A DNA stretch of 64,000 bases, from positions 731,548 to 795,547 of the forward strand of contig OY969569.1 in assembly GCA_963701185.1 (NCBI GenBank), given 5' to 3'. A program made the translations under genes and the position numbers. The DNA comes from Candidatus Gottesmanbacteria bacterium (GTDB lineage: Bacteria; Patescibacteriota; Microgenomatia; UBA10105; UBA927). Below are positions 36,267 through 45,885 of the stretch, piece by piece (positions within the stretch are counted from its first letter, which is position 1; every line of letters begins with the position of its first letter). Below the pieces are notes generated by a model. The model was not told the origin of the DNA and ran no database searches. It saw only the letters and a list, made by a program, of their open reading frames with translations.

Positions 36267-37367
36267 TTACTCTCCTCCGGTCGTCAAGACGTACTTGACG
36301 CCTTTAGTGGAGCCTTCTTTCCGCAGGATGCCTTTTTTGATGAGATCCTTGATTTCCCGAAGCACGGTATCTTCCGAAATCATGGGGAACAGCTCAAAAA
36401 ACACTTTGTTCTGCAAAAATCCGTTTTCCTGGATAAATTCCACCACCTTAATCTGCCGTTCGGAGAGGGCCAGCTGCTGACCGCCGAGTTGTTTTTTCAT
36501 CTTCAAATCGGTAGAAAGCGACTTTACCTTTTCTTTGATACGCGTGAGTTCAATGGCCAACCCTTCGGTAAAGTATTCGATCCAGTTGGTCAGATTCCCT
36601 TCCTGTTTGGCGACACTCTGCAGCGCTTCGTAGTATGAGAGCGGCTCACGGTCATAATATTCCTCCAGCGAGAAAAAACGCTTGATATCATAGCCTTCTT
36701 TCACTAATGCGAGTGTTGCGGCGGCACGTGCTACGCGTCCGTTTCCGTCCAAAAACGGATGAATACGGACGAGCTCATAATGGACGATACCCGCCTTGAG
36801 GACCGCATGCATATCGTCCGGCCCGACCCCGTTGAGCCAGCGCAGAAATGCATCAATAAGAAACGGAATTTCGACAGCCGGCGGCGGACGGAAGGTGATT
36901 TCTCCGGTAGCAGAATTCTTTACCACCACTTGGGTTCTGCGATATTCCCCTACCACGTCATCAGCAAGCATCCTGTGCACCGTCAGGGAATGGATATGTT
37001 TGAGGGTCTCGGGCGAAATTTCATTATTGTCGTACTGTTCGATAAACTGCAGGACATTGCGGTAATTGAGTACTTCCTGTATATCCCGGTCGCGGCCGAC
37101 GATTTTTGCACCGGCCAAAACTTTTTCCGCTTCGGCAATATTCAGCTCATTGCCCTCGATATGCGTCCCGTGGTGGACGGTGCGCACCAAAGCATCTTCG
37201 CGGAATTTTGCTTCCCAGGCGGGAACGAGAGGCGCATTCTCAATAATCTCACGGGCTGATTCAACGACCCCGATGTATTTGAGAATTTTATTGGTAATGG
37301 TAAACTTGGGAGTGTACATAGTCTGCGTATACCCGTAGGGTATAGATTTCCTGTATAATAACCGCAT
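36267..37367 (-). CDS. Fic-family (AMPylase) protein with a C-terminal winged HTH
   Basis: Core motif HPFLDGNGRVAR. Confidence 0.85.
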   Translation of the reverse strand: MRLLYRKSIPYGYTQTMYTPKFTITNKILKYIGVVESAREIIENAPLVPAWEAKFREDALVRTVHHGTHIEGNELNIAEAEKVLAGAKIVGRDRDIQEVLNYRNVLQFIEQYDNNEISPETLKHIHSLTVHRMLADDVVGEYRRTQVVVKNSATGEITFRPPPAVEIPFLIDAFLRWLNGVGPDDMHAVLKAGIVHYELVRIHPFLDGNGRVARAAATLALVKEGYDIKRFFSLEEYYDREPLSYYEALQSVAKQEGNLTNWIEYFTEGLAIELTRIKEKVKSLSTDLKMKKQLGGQQLALSERQIKVVEFIQENGFLQNKVFFELFPMISEDTVLREIKDLIKKGILRKEGSTKGVKYVLTTGGE

Positions 37368-37635
37368 GAGACAGGAAAATCAATCCCGAAAGCGTTTGCA
37401 CCTGCTAATCCTCAAACAAATGCTCACGCTTACCGCCAGCGGCTTCGGATTAGTCGCGGCACTTGCCTGGAATAACGTCATACAGGAATTCGTCGCAACC
37501 CGGATAAAACCATTCCTGCCTTCCGGCAGCGGGCTCCTGTCGCTTTTCATCTATGCAGTCATTGTCACCGTAGTAGCCGTCACTGTTACCTACCAATTGA
37601 CCAGACTTATTGATAAGCTGGATAGTAAGTCATGA
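37366..37635 (+). CDS. Small two-TM membrane protein
   Basis: 89-aa ORF whose stop overlaps the start of the Mur ligase gene. Confidence 0.45.
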   Translation: MRQENQSRKRLHLLILKQMLTLTASGFGLVAALAWNNVIQEFVATRIKPFLPSGSGLLSLFIYAVIVTVVAVTVTYQLTRLIDKLDSKS

Positions 37636-38957
37636 AACGCATGAAGGCACTCCTTGTCCCATTTGTCCTCCGGTATCTGCGGACAATCGCGCGTATTGCG
37701 CTCTCCCAAACCCGCGCAACCATTATCGGAATAGCCGGGTCCGTCGGAAAAACCAGCACCCGCGAGGCACTCTTTGCCATCCTGAAGGATGTTGCCCCCA
37801 CCCATATGGTTTCGGGAAATTCGGAAACCGGAGTTCCTTTAGGTCTCGTCGGGCTCTTTCCCCACGACTATTCCCCCGCCGATTGGGCACGGATGATGCT
37901 GACAGCACCATTGCGCATCGGGTTTTTAAAACGCATGCGTTATGTCATCGTCGAAATGGGTATTGATGACCCGTATCCGCCGAAAAACATGGGGTACTTA
38001 CTCACCATCGTCAAACCGGATATCGGGATTATCACGGAGGAATCCGCCGCCCATACGATGCAGTTTGAAAAGATTTTTGGCCCCAATATGGTCATCTCCG
38101 ACACCGAGCGCCTGAAACTTCTTACTGAAGCGATCACAAAAGAAGATGCCAAAATGCTCGCAAACTGCAAACTCAGTATAGTAAACGGCGACAATCCGTA
38201 TCTGACGAAAGAAATTCCCCGTGCTCTCACATTCGGGACCAAAAAATCATCGGCGTTGAGGATAACCGGGTATACGGTAGACATCAATAAAACAACATTC
38301 TCATACGCGCTCGGAGACGCGCTCATTACCCTTCAATTCAAAAAGTATGCATTCCCCAAAGACCTTGCATACGTGTTTGCGCCGGCCATACTTTCCGCTT
38401 ACAAACTCAATATTCCTGTCGATACTATCCGGAAAAATCTTGAAAAGAATTTCACTCCGCCCAAGGGGCGCGAAAGCCTGTTTGACGGCATCAACCATTC
38501 AATCATCATCGACTCATCCTACAACGCATCCAAACAATCCGTTCTCTCGTTTTTAGAACTCACCGCAACACTAAAACGGCAAAGCCGCCGTCATACGATT
38601 GTCGTTTTGGCGGACATGCTTGAGCTGGGCAATGAATCGCAAATCGAGCACGAAGCAGTAGCCCGTGCTCTCGACGACATTCCCGATACACTGTATTTGG
38701 TCGGTCCACTCACAAAACGGTTTATTTTACCCAAATTCCCGCAGGCCAAATGGTTTCCTTCCGTTCTTGAACTCAATGACGCATTGATGCACATCCCGCA
38801 TCGAAGCCTGCTTTTGTTTAAAGGCTCCCAGGGCAATCTGTGGCTTGAGGAAAGCATTAAATTATTGCTGAAAAACAAAGGGGACATATCACGTCTCTGC
38901 CGCCAGAACGCCTTCTGGCAGCGCGTCAAAAAAGCCGCAGGCCGCTGGGTTGATTAA
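37632..38957 (+). CDS. Mur ligase family protein (MurF-like)
   Basis: P-loop GIAGSVGKTSTRE and the Mur ligase middle and C-terminal domain layout. Confidence 0.75.
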   Translation: MKRMKALLVPFVLRYLRTIARIALSQTRATIIGIAGSVGKTSTREALFAILKDVAPTHMVSGNSETGVPLGLVGLFPHDYSPADWARMMLTAPLRIGFLKRMRYVIVEMGIDDPYPPKNMGYLLTIVKPDIGIITEESAAHTMQFEKIFGPNMVISDTERLKLLTEAITKEDAKMLANCKLSIVNGDNPYLTKEIPRALTFGTKKSSALRITGYTVDINKTTFSYALGDALITLQFKKYAFPKDLAYVFAPAILSAYKLNIPVDTIRKNLEKNFTPPKGRESLFDGINHSIIIDSSYNASKQSVLSFLELTATLKRQSRRHTIVVLADMLELGNESQIEHEAVARALDDIPDTLYLVGPLTKRFILPKFPQAKWFPSVLELNDALMHIPHRSLLLFKGSQGNLWLEESIKLLLKNKGDISRLCRQNAFWQRVKKAAGRWVD

Positions 38958-39039
38958 TTGTCATTCCCGCGAAGGCGGGAATCTGCCTTCCGTACGATAA
39001 CTCATTGTTTTCCTTTTGGTAAATCAATATACTTGAATC

Positions 39040-40113
39040 ATGGATCCTCCCACTGTCCAACCGATACCCTCTCAACAACCCAAAAATAACGTAAATATTT
39101 TTATCAATATTTTTATCTTTCTCCTGGGCATCCTCATCGGTCTGGGCATTCCCAAAACAACCCTTCTCTCCGGCCTCCGCATCCCGTATCTTAGCGCCAC
39201 CCCAACCCCTACGCCCTTCCCTATTCCAACCCCTACGCCCAACCCGACGGCGGATTGGAAAACGTATACCAATAATAATCTTGGCTTTTCTTTTAAATAT
39301 CCGGTTGATTATTTTAAATTCCAAGAAGAATCCAGCACTGGCGTTTATTTGGCCCCATCTAAAGGGCAAGGAGGAAATGGACCTAAATTTTTAGAAAAGA
39401 CAGATGTATGGCTGGACGTGAACGATGAAACTCCTGTAGATTTGTCACCTGAGACTCCAAAAAATCCTGTAATTATAGGAGGGGTTAGCGGTTACAAAAT
39501 CGTGAGTAATTTTGCCGTAGTTGCTGGGGACGTGAGAATTTATGACTATTTAGCGTGGGTTTCAAAAAATAATAAACTTTATACTATCTCCCTATCGTCA
39601 TGGGATCCTAATACACTTAAAAATTCTGAAAAACTCTTTGATCAAATCCTCTCCACGTTTACATTTATCGGGCAGTCCTCTGCGGCATCGCCGACGCCGA
39701 CTGTGCCTCCAAACTGGATACGGCATACATTCAATACGCATGGTTTGATGATGTATACACCGGATGACTGGCGATCCAGTATTACTGATTTTCCAGAAGA
39801 TTCGACGTCGTTGATTAAATTCTGGAAAAAATCATCTCCGACGATCGTCCCGATTCAATTGGACATTAAATCCAGTTGGGATAATACCGGCAATGCACAG
39901 ACTCAGCCTAAAAATTTCACTGTTGACGGCAGTATTCCTGCATATCGTACGGATCCGCCAGCCAAAACCCAACTAACACAGGAACGCTATCAGACTAATG
40001 TATTTTTCGAATATAACGGTAAGGTTTACGTTTTCGAGTGTGTCCACAACTGGACTCAAGATTACCTGAATACATGCAATACCATGCTTGCAACGCTCCA
40101 GTTTACGAAGTAA
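39040..40113 (+). CDS. Secreted or anchored protein with a Pro/Thr-rich linker
   Basis: N-terminal TM anchor, then TPTPTPFPIPTPTPNPT and a second PT stretch (ASPTPTVPP). Confidence 0.55.
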   Translation: MDPPTVQPIPSQQPKNNVNIFINIFIFLLGILIGLGIPKTTLLSGLRIPYLSATPTPTPFPIPTPTPNPTADWKTYTNNNLGFSFKYPVDYFKFQEESSTGVYLAPSKGQGGNGPKFLEKTDVWLDVNDETPVDLSPETPKNPVIIGGVSGYKIVSNFAVVAGDVRIYDYLAWVSKNNKLYTISLSSWDPNTLKNSEKLFDQILSTFTFIGQSSAASPTPTVPPNWIRHTFNTHGLMMYTPDDWRSSITDFPEDSTSLIKFWKKSSPTIVPIQLDIKSSWDNTGNAQTQPKNFTVDGSIPAYRTDPPAKTQLTQERYQTNVFFEYNGKVYVFECVHNWTQDYLNTCNTMLATLQFTK

Positions 40114-40888
40114 GAAGCAATTCCTTCATGGTTAGCGGGATTTGGGTGGCTAAATCCGTGGCGTTAAAGTATGAGCCAACTTTTTTGTAGAGCGCATCTC
40201 CTGCTTTTTTATTGATAAAACTCCCGGCAATCGTCGCCAAAAATGGGTCGTTGGTGCAGGCCAAAGCGGCAATAAGGCCGGCCAATACATCCCCGGTACC
40301 GCCTTTGGTCATGCCGGGATTACCGCCCTTTATCACACGGCAATTCCCGTTTGCATCGCAGGCCACGTCCTTCTCCCCTTTCAATAAAACGATACACTGA
40401 TATTTTTTTGCAGCTTCTGCAACATCAAGATTTCCGAATAGATGAGCATATTCTTGATGATGAGGTGTCAATATAGCATGAGGCGGAATCAGTGCTTTAT
40501 CCATCATCTGCAGACTTCCGGCATCAATCACCCACTGTTTCTTTGGATATTTTGCAAGAAGTGTGTTTGTAAGTGTTTTCGTTTCGTCATCTCTCGTCAT
40601 CCCCGGACCTATCAGGATAACGTCATCTTCTTCAATATATGCATTAATATCCCCCCGGGGGACGACAATACCATTTCGAAACTCATGTTTGACCAATTCA
40701 TTGTTCTCCGGCACCGAAGAATAATGGACAAGATCCACAATCCGCGAGGCCACAGTGAGACTCCATAAGCTCGCTGCGTGAAACAATTTTGATCCGCCGA
40801 TAACTAATAACCTGCCGTTTTGCCCTTTGTGGCTCCCCCGCGCCGGAAGTATCAGTTTTTTGACATCATCAATCGTCACAGGATTCAT
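40103..40888 (-). CDS. ADP-dependent NAD(P)H-hydrate dehydratase (YjeF C-terminal domain/carbohydrate kinase-like)
   Basis: GPGMT and GGTGDVLAGLIAAL motifs. Confidence 0.8.
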   Translation of the reverse strand: MNPVTIDDVKKLILPARGSHKGQNGRLLVIGGSKLFHAASLWSLTVASRIVDLVHYSSVPENNELVKHEFRNGIVVPRGDINAYIEEDDVILIGPGMTRDDETKTLTNTLLAKYPKKQWVIDAGSLQMMDKALIPPHAILTPHHQEYAHLFGNLDVAEAAKKYQCIVLLKGEKDVACDANGNCRVIKGGNPGMTKGGTGDVLAGLIAALACTNDPFLATIAGSFINKKAGDALYKKVGSYFNATDLATQIPLTMKELLLTS

Positions 40889-41895
40889 AGCCGTATTGTA
40901 TCAACTTTTATCCCCTGTTTTTTGAATAGCGCGACCACTTCCTCCTCTGCGGAACTTACGATCGTCTGCTGTTTGTCTAACAGGTTAAGTACTAATTCGC
41001 GATGCGGGACATCCAATTCTGAAAATATATCGTCCAGGATAAGAAGCGGCCGTTCTTCTGCTTCCTTCTCTATGTAGGAAAGCTCAGCCAATTTCAGCCA
41101 TAAAATCGCTAAGCGTTGTTCTCCGCGACTTCCGTATTTACTTAAATCCAGATCATTTTTCGTGACGAGAAAATCATCGCGGTGCGGCCCCACGAGCGTG
41201 GAACCGGCTGCAACTTCTTCATCCTTATATTGTGCCAGCCGTGATTCCGAAATAACGCTTTTATCATATGCCACATGATATATGATGCCTGACACATGAT
41301 ATCCGTTGATAAAATCAATCAACGCGGCCCGTTTATCCGTCAAATATCCACCCGCCTTAATAAGCAACTGGTCCCAAAATTGCAGTTGATGGCGGTGTGC
41401 CTTGCCCTCGTTAATCAAATCGAGTAATCTATTCCGCTGCCGCAGTCCCCGCTCGTACGACAAAAGGTTCCTCCGGTATTCCCGGTCAACCTGTATGAGG
41501 ACACTGTCTAAGTATTTACGCCGGAGAGACGGGCTGTCGGTGACAAGCTCCAGATGTTCCGGCCAAAACAGGACGGCCCGCAGATTTCCGACAAAATCTA
41601 TTTGTCTCCGGGGTATTCCGTTCACGAGAAATTTTTTTGTCGGTGTCAGCACTACTTCTACGGTCGTATCGCCTCCTGTCCCCTTCACCCGCCCGAATTC
41701 AGCCTTCCACTGCACCATTTCTGCATCAGCATCGGCACGGAAACTTTTCCCCATAGAGAGCAACATAATAGCCTCGAGGATATTCGTTTTACCCGCCGTA
41801 TTGGGCCCGATGATAAGCGTCGTGTCTGGAGAAAAGGCAAACGACCGTTTCGTGTAACTGCGGAAATGGGTAAGAGTAAGATCCGACAGCGTCAT
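40885..41895 (-). CDS. recF: DNA replication and repair protein RecF
   Basis: Walker A IIGPNTAGKTNILEA and an SMC-like signature. Confidence 0.9.
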   Translation of the reverse strand: MTLSDLTLTHFRSYTKRSFAFSPDTTLIIGPNTAGKTNILEAIMLLSMGKSFRADADAEMVQWKAEFGRVKGTGGDTTVEVVLTPTKKFLVNGIPRRQIDFVGNLRAVLFWPEHLELVTDSPSLRRKYLDSVLIQVDREYRRNLLSYERGLRQRNRLLDLINEGKAHRHQLQFWDQLLIKAGGYLTDKRAALIDFINGYHVSGIIYHVAYDKSVISESRLAQYKDEEVAAGSTLVGPHRDDFLVTKNDLDLSKYGSRGEQRLAILWLKLAELSYIEKEAEERPLLILDDIFSELDVPHRELVLNLLDKQQTIVSSAEEEVVALFKKQGIKVDTIRL

Positions 41896-42593
41896 GCGAT
41901 CGTGGTACCGTGGAATTCCTTATTGTCCAAAGCTTTTGCCAGATTATCAAGATTTTTACCGTTTAACAGTTTAACGGTAACACCTAACTTCTGAGCAAGT
42001 CTTGAGGCAATCGGGTCAAACGGCATGTTCAGGCCGGGAATCCATTTGTCGCCCACAATGGGGAAATATTCTTTCCAGGTGAGATCGACCATGGGTTTCG
42101 CGTCCGGAAACTTATTGGGGTCTTTATCATACACCTGATCTATATTTGTTAAATTAATAATATATTTCATACCATAATCTGCACAAAGCGTGATTGCGCA
42201 ATAATCTGTACTCCACCCCGGCTTCCAACCGGCCGCAATTGCTACCGGCTTTTCAATTTTCAGAATAATTTCGTAGTGCTTGATAACCCGCGGATCCGCG
42301 ATATCCACAAAAATTGTCCGGAGTAACTGGGCGTTCAGACGCGTAGCGTGGAGGCCTATCCAGTCCAGATCCAAATCAGTAATTTTTTGACCACGGACGG
42401 TGCTTGCTGCTTTTTGATATTGCCGCGTTGTCGCTCCTCCACCCACGACAATAAAAAATTTCCGTTTTTTCTCGGAAATCTGTTTACGGATAAATGTATT
42501 AAAACGGGTAAGAAATTCCGTATCAATGCCGCCGCTTGGGACAACAAGCGATCCGCCGAGGGAAAGGACAAAGGTGTTATGTGTATCCACCAT
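41892..42593 (-). CDS. Amino-acid-kinase-fold protein, probably an archaeal-type UMP kinase
   Basis: VLSLGGS N-terminal motif and VVGGG. Confidence 0.65.
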   Translation of the reverse strand: MVDTHNTFVLSLGGSLVVPSGGIDTEFLTRFNTFIRKQISEKKRKFFIVVGGGATTRQYQKAASTVRGQKITDLDLDWIGLHATRLNAQLLRTIFVDIADPRVIKHYEIILKIEKPVAIAAGWKPGWSTDYCAITLCADYGMKYIINLTNIDQVYDKDPNKFPDAKPMVDLTWKEYFPIVGDKWIPGLNMPFDPIASRLAQKLGVTVKLLNGKNLDNLAKALDNKEFHGTTIA

Positions 42594-42679
42594 ACAATAT
42601 GTGTAATCTTACGGGAAGCCTGTTTATTTGTCAACGAAGGGCAAATATGATATAGTTTGTCCACTTTAGGAGAAAAACT

Positions 42680-42865
42680 ATGGCAGGTCAAAAATCAGAA
42701 ACATTACAAAAACCAACAACAGCACCAAGAATTGAAACAACGGTCAACACGCTTACCAAAGATGCCGTAAAAAAGGGGGCTGATCTGGCTGTTGCTCTAC
42801 AAGCGGCAGCAGCGGTTGCTGCTTATCAACCCGGAGGCCACCTCCATAATCGAGCGGAAGATTAA
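42680..42865 (+). CDS. Hypothetical small protein
   Basis: 61-aa ORF with an AGGAG RBS. Confidence 0.35.
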   Translation: MAGQKSETLQKPTTAPRIETTVNTLTKDAVKKGADLAVALQAAAAVAAYQPGGHLHNRAED

Positions 42866-42877
42866 TGCAGCCTCTCT

Positions 42878-43477
42878 ATGGAAACGACTTTATACTTGGT
42901 ACGACACGGAGAAGTCCATAATCCGCGCCATGTCCTTCCGGGACGCACTCCCGGTTTTCATCTGAGTACACACGGCAAAGCCCAGGCAAAAAAAGCAGGG
43001 CTTTTTTTAAAAAACCGGCATATTGACGTTATCTATACCAGCCCCATGGAACGCTGCCGGGAAACCGCGGATAGTATCCGCCGCCAGACAGGTACATCTG
43101 TCCCCCTGTATACTCATAACGGCCTCACGGAAATTGCCACCACGCGCGATGGTGAACCTCTTACCGCACTGGAAAAAGACAAATTTAATTTTTTTACGCC
43201 GAAATATGCAAAACGGGGCGCCGAGTCCATGTCAGACATCTATAACCGTGCCTCAAAAACCATCAGGGACATACTCCGTACACATCCGGGTAAAACGTGC
43301 GTTGTCGTCACGCACGGGGATATCATTATTTTTCTGAAAATGAAGCTCTTCTGGAACACATTGGAATTTTCACTCTCCCGGGGTCCGCACTACCCCCCGC
43401 CGTGCAGCATTCTCGGATTGCAGTTTTCAAAAAAAGGCAGTCTCACCCAAAGCACGGAGATTATTTTTTTCACATAA
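42878..43477 (+). CDS. Histidine phosphatase (phosphoglycerate mutase-like) family protein
   Basis: LYLVRHGE catalytic RHG motif. Confidence 0.8.
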   Translation: METTLYLVRHGEVHNPRHVLPGRTPGFHLSTHGKAQAKKAGLFLKNRHIDVIYTSPMERCRETADSIRRQTGTSVPLYTHNGLTEIATTRDGEPLTALEKDKFNFFTPKYAKRGAESMSDIYNRASKTIRDILRTHPGKTCVVVTHGDIIIFLKMKLFWNTLEFSLSRGPHYPPPCSILGLQFSKKGSLTQSTEIIFFT

Positions 43478-43486
43478 GATTCCACT

Positions 43487-44590
43487 ATGAGCAAAGAAAC
43501 AGACATCCGTGAATCCGTAGCCCGGCACTTCAACAATCTGGGTATTCCTGTCGAGTCCATAGATCATGTCGGAGAGGGATACCACGCGACAGGATTCAGG
43601 CTTCTTTTCCGGGACGGCGGCCTCCTTTTCTTACGATTTATACGCCCTACGGAATTCGGCCATGACCTACCCGGAGACAGAATAAAAACCATGATTGAAG
43701 CCTCCCGCGATCTCCCTTCTTCGATTAAAACCCTGAATATTTTAGGCATAACAGAGGAAAACACTATTGTCGATCTTTCTCATCTGAAAGAAGTCGTAAC
43801 GCTGAGCGAATTTTTTCCAACAGGAGCAAAAAGCTTTTGTGAAAATCTGCGCAAACCAACGTCAACCCGCGAAGAAGCATATGAGTTGGCCTCCTCAATT
43901 GAACCCAAAGCCCGTATCATTGGTGCGACCATGGCGGAAATCCACAAGACAGCGTTCGAAGGGCCGGCAGACGCCGCAAAATCTTTGTATAAACGCTCCA
44001 CACGGGCCGTCATTCACAATGACGAGCTGATGGCCGGTGTCGGTGATCTGGACATGGTGGATTTTGAAAACATTGACTGGATGAAGCACAAGGATTTTGT
44101 CCGGCTTTTGGCGGACAGCGAACTCGCCCGCTATGCCATCGGCACGCACCCGGAACGTGTACGGCAAATTCACGGAGATTATTGGGTAAATAATTTATAT
44201 TTTGATAAAAACGACGTTATTATTGTCACCGACGGCCGGCTCAATTGGGGCGAGCCGGGCATCGACGCGGGGTGGATGGTCGGAGAATTCCTCATGCAGG
44301 ATCTTGTCCGCTTCGGCCATATGAACGACATCTTTACCCGTGTTGCCCAAAACGCCATGGACACCTATCAGGCGGTGAGCGGCGATACCGAAATTTACCG
44401 TTTCATGGGCCTTCCGTACGCATTCCAGGCATTTGCGGAAGCGGTATTCACCCCACATATCACCTCCCAACAACGCCGGCTTCTTGTGGCAACGGCCATC
44501 GGCACCCTGCAGGATACAAAACAAGGCCTCCCGTTTGATTTCAACAAACTTAACACATACACCGCCCGGGGCCTGGAACTGCTAACATAA
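43487..44590 (+). CDS. APH/ChoK-like phosphotransferase (kinase fold)
   Basis: Brenner-type motif IHGDYWVNNLYFDKND with the downstream D.G motif. Confidence 0.65.
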   Translation: MSKETDIRESVARHFNNLGIPVESIDHVGEGYHATGFRLLFRDGGLLFLRFIRPTEFGHDLPGDRIKTMIEASRDLPSSIKTLNILGITEENTIVDLSHLKEVVTLSEFFPTGAKSFCENLRKPTSTREEAYELASSIEPKARIIGATMAEIHKTAFEGPADAAKSLYKRSTRAVIHNDELMAGVGDLDMVDFENIDWMKHKDFVRLLADSELARYAIGTHPERVRQIHGDYWVNNLYFDKNDVIIVTDGRLNWGEPGIDAGWMVGEFLMQDLVRFGHMNDIFTRVAQNAMDTYQAVSGDTEIYRFMGLPYAFQAFAEAVFTPHITSQQRRLLVATAIGTLQDTKQGLPFDFNKLNTYTARGLELLT

Positions 44591-44602
44591 TAGTACGACT
44601 AT

Positions 44603-45451
44603 ATGATGTACGGTCTTATCGCCATGCTTGGCTGGGGCATCAGCAACTTTTTTTCCGGGCGCCTTGCTAAATCCATCGGATTTCTACCCGCATTGGTTGC
44701 GGGTACGACGGGTGTTGTTGTTTGTCTTCTGTCTATCATGCTGGCTTCCCGTCTCCCTGTTATGGCCCCCCGGAGTGATACGCTGGGACTTCTCCTTCTG
44801 GCCGGCGGACTTCTGTCTGTCGCGGGTTTGGCTTTTTACAAAGGCCTTGAAGTCGGAAAAATTGCTCTCCTGTCCCCGATTGCCGCTTCATGGCCGATGG
44901 GTATCGCAATTATTGGCATCGCCGCCAGTCAATCGCCGGTTTCCTCTTCCCAATATATCGGCATGTTTCTTGTGACCGTTGGTGTCTTTGTCGCGTCGGT
45001 AAAACGCGTGAATAAGAAAATAAATTTTTCGGATCCGGGCATACCGTATGCCTTGATCGCGCTCGCTGCGTGGATCGGAGCATTTTATTTTTTCGGCCGA
45101 ACCATCACCGGAACATCATGGATGCTGTTTAATATTCTGTTCTTATCGATCAGTATCCTTTTTGAACTGGCATATGCGGGATGGAAAAAATCCTCCGTCA
45201 CATGGAAACCAACACAAAATAACCTCGTGTATCTCGCCGCTTGCTCTATCCCGTCGGCCGCCGCATTTTATTTTTATAGCTTGGGTATGAGATCTGCCCA
45301 AAGCAGCACAACCGCCATAACAACGAATGCCAACCCCGTCATCACAGTACTGTTGGCATTGGTTCTCTTGCGGGAACGGCTTAACCGGAGGCAATTGACC
45401 GGTATCGCGATGGTGATCGGCGGCCTGGTAATAATAAACGTGGGCATATGA
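44603..45451 (+). CDS. EamA/DMT-family transporter
   Basis: Ten TM helices with two EamA-like repeats. Confidence 0.75.
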   Translation: MMYGLIAMLGWGISNFFSGRLAKSIGFLPALVAGTTGVVVCLLSIMLASRLPVMAPRSDTLGLLLLAGGLLSVAGLAFYKGLEVGKIALLSPIAASWPMGIAIIGIAASQSPVSSSQYIGMFLVTVGVFVASVKRVNKKINFSDPGIPYALIALAAWIGAFYFFGRTITGTSWMLFNILFLSISILFELAYAGWKKSSVTWKPTQNNLVYLAACSIPSAAAFYFYSLGMRSAQSSTTAITTNANPVITVLLALVLLRERLNRRQLTGIAMVIGGLVIINVGI

Positions 45452-45885
45452 CACACACCGCATTTTCTGAAATTTTGATTCCCAGCCGTTATCAGGGGCT
45501 TCCTATAAAAATCCGCATTTCTAAAACTACCGACCTCTCCAAAACTGTTCTTGTTCTCCACCCTGGGGCATTTGAGTTTCTCGGCGGAGATAAAAGCAGG
45601 TATACTAAAATTCTCCTTTGGCTCCGGCTTCATCTTGCTTCACATCCGACCGTCATAACATATGAAACAAGCAGACAATCTATACCTGCGCCGCTTATAT
45701 CCCCCGCGGATCCGCTGTATTGGCAGAAAAAAGAACTATATTGGAAGAAACTGTTCGACGGAAAAACATTTTCCATGGAGCTTGATGACGTCCGAAAAAT
45801 CTATAAATATATTCAAAAATCCTTACAGCCAGAACATATATATTCTGGGGTTTTCGGTTGGCGGCACCATTGCCATGATACTTAG
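45448..45885 (+). CDS. N-terminal fragment of an alpha/beta hydrolase, frameshifted relative to the downstream ORF
   Basis: MTHTAF... runs to ...PEHIY then goes out of frame at an ATATATAT run. The downstream frame continues as NIYILGFSVGGTIAM (GxSxG). Confidence 0.5.
   Translation: MTHTAFSEILIPSRYQGLPIKIRISKTTDLSKTVLVLHPGAFEFLGGDKSRYTKILLWLRLHLASHPTVITYETSRQSIPAPLISPADPLYWQKKELYWKKLFDGKTFSMELDDVRKIYKYIQKSLQPEHIYSGVFGWRHHCHDT

Noticed and set aside
38960-38990. Hairpin TTCCCGC-GAAG-GCGGGAA after the Mur ligase gene as an intrinsic terminator
   Set aside because: The stem is good but no U-tract follows, so it is not confidently a rho-independent terminator.
38926-39369. 147-aa minus-strand ORF
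   Set aside because: Its proline/glycine-rich sequence is the mirror image of the PT-rich linker of the plus-strand secreted protein. It overlaps the MurF-like gene end and is a shadow ORF.
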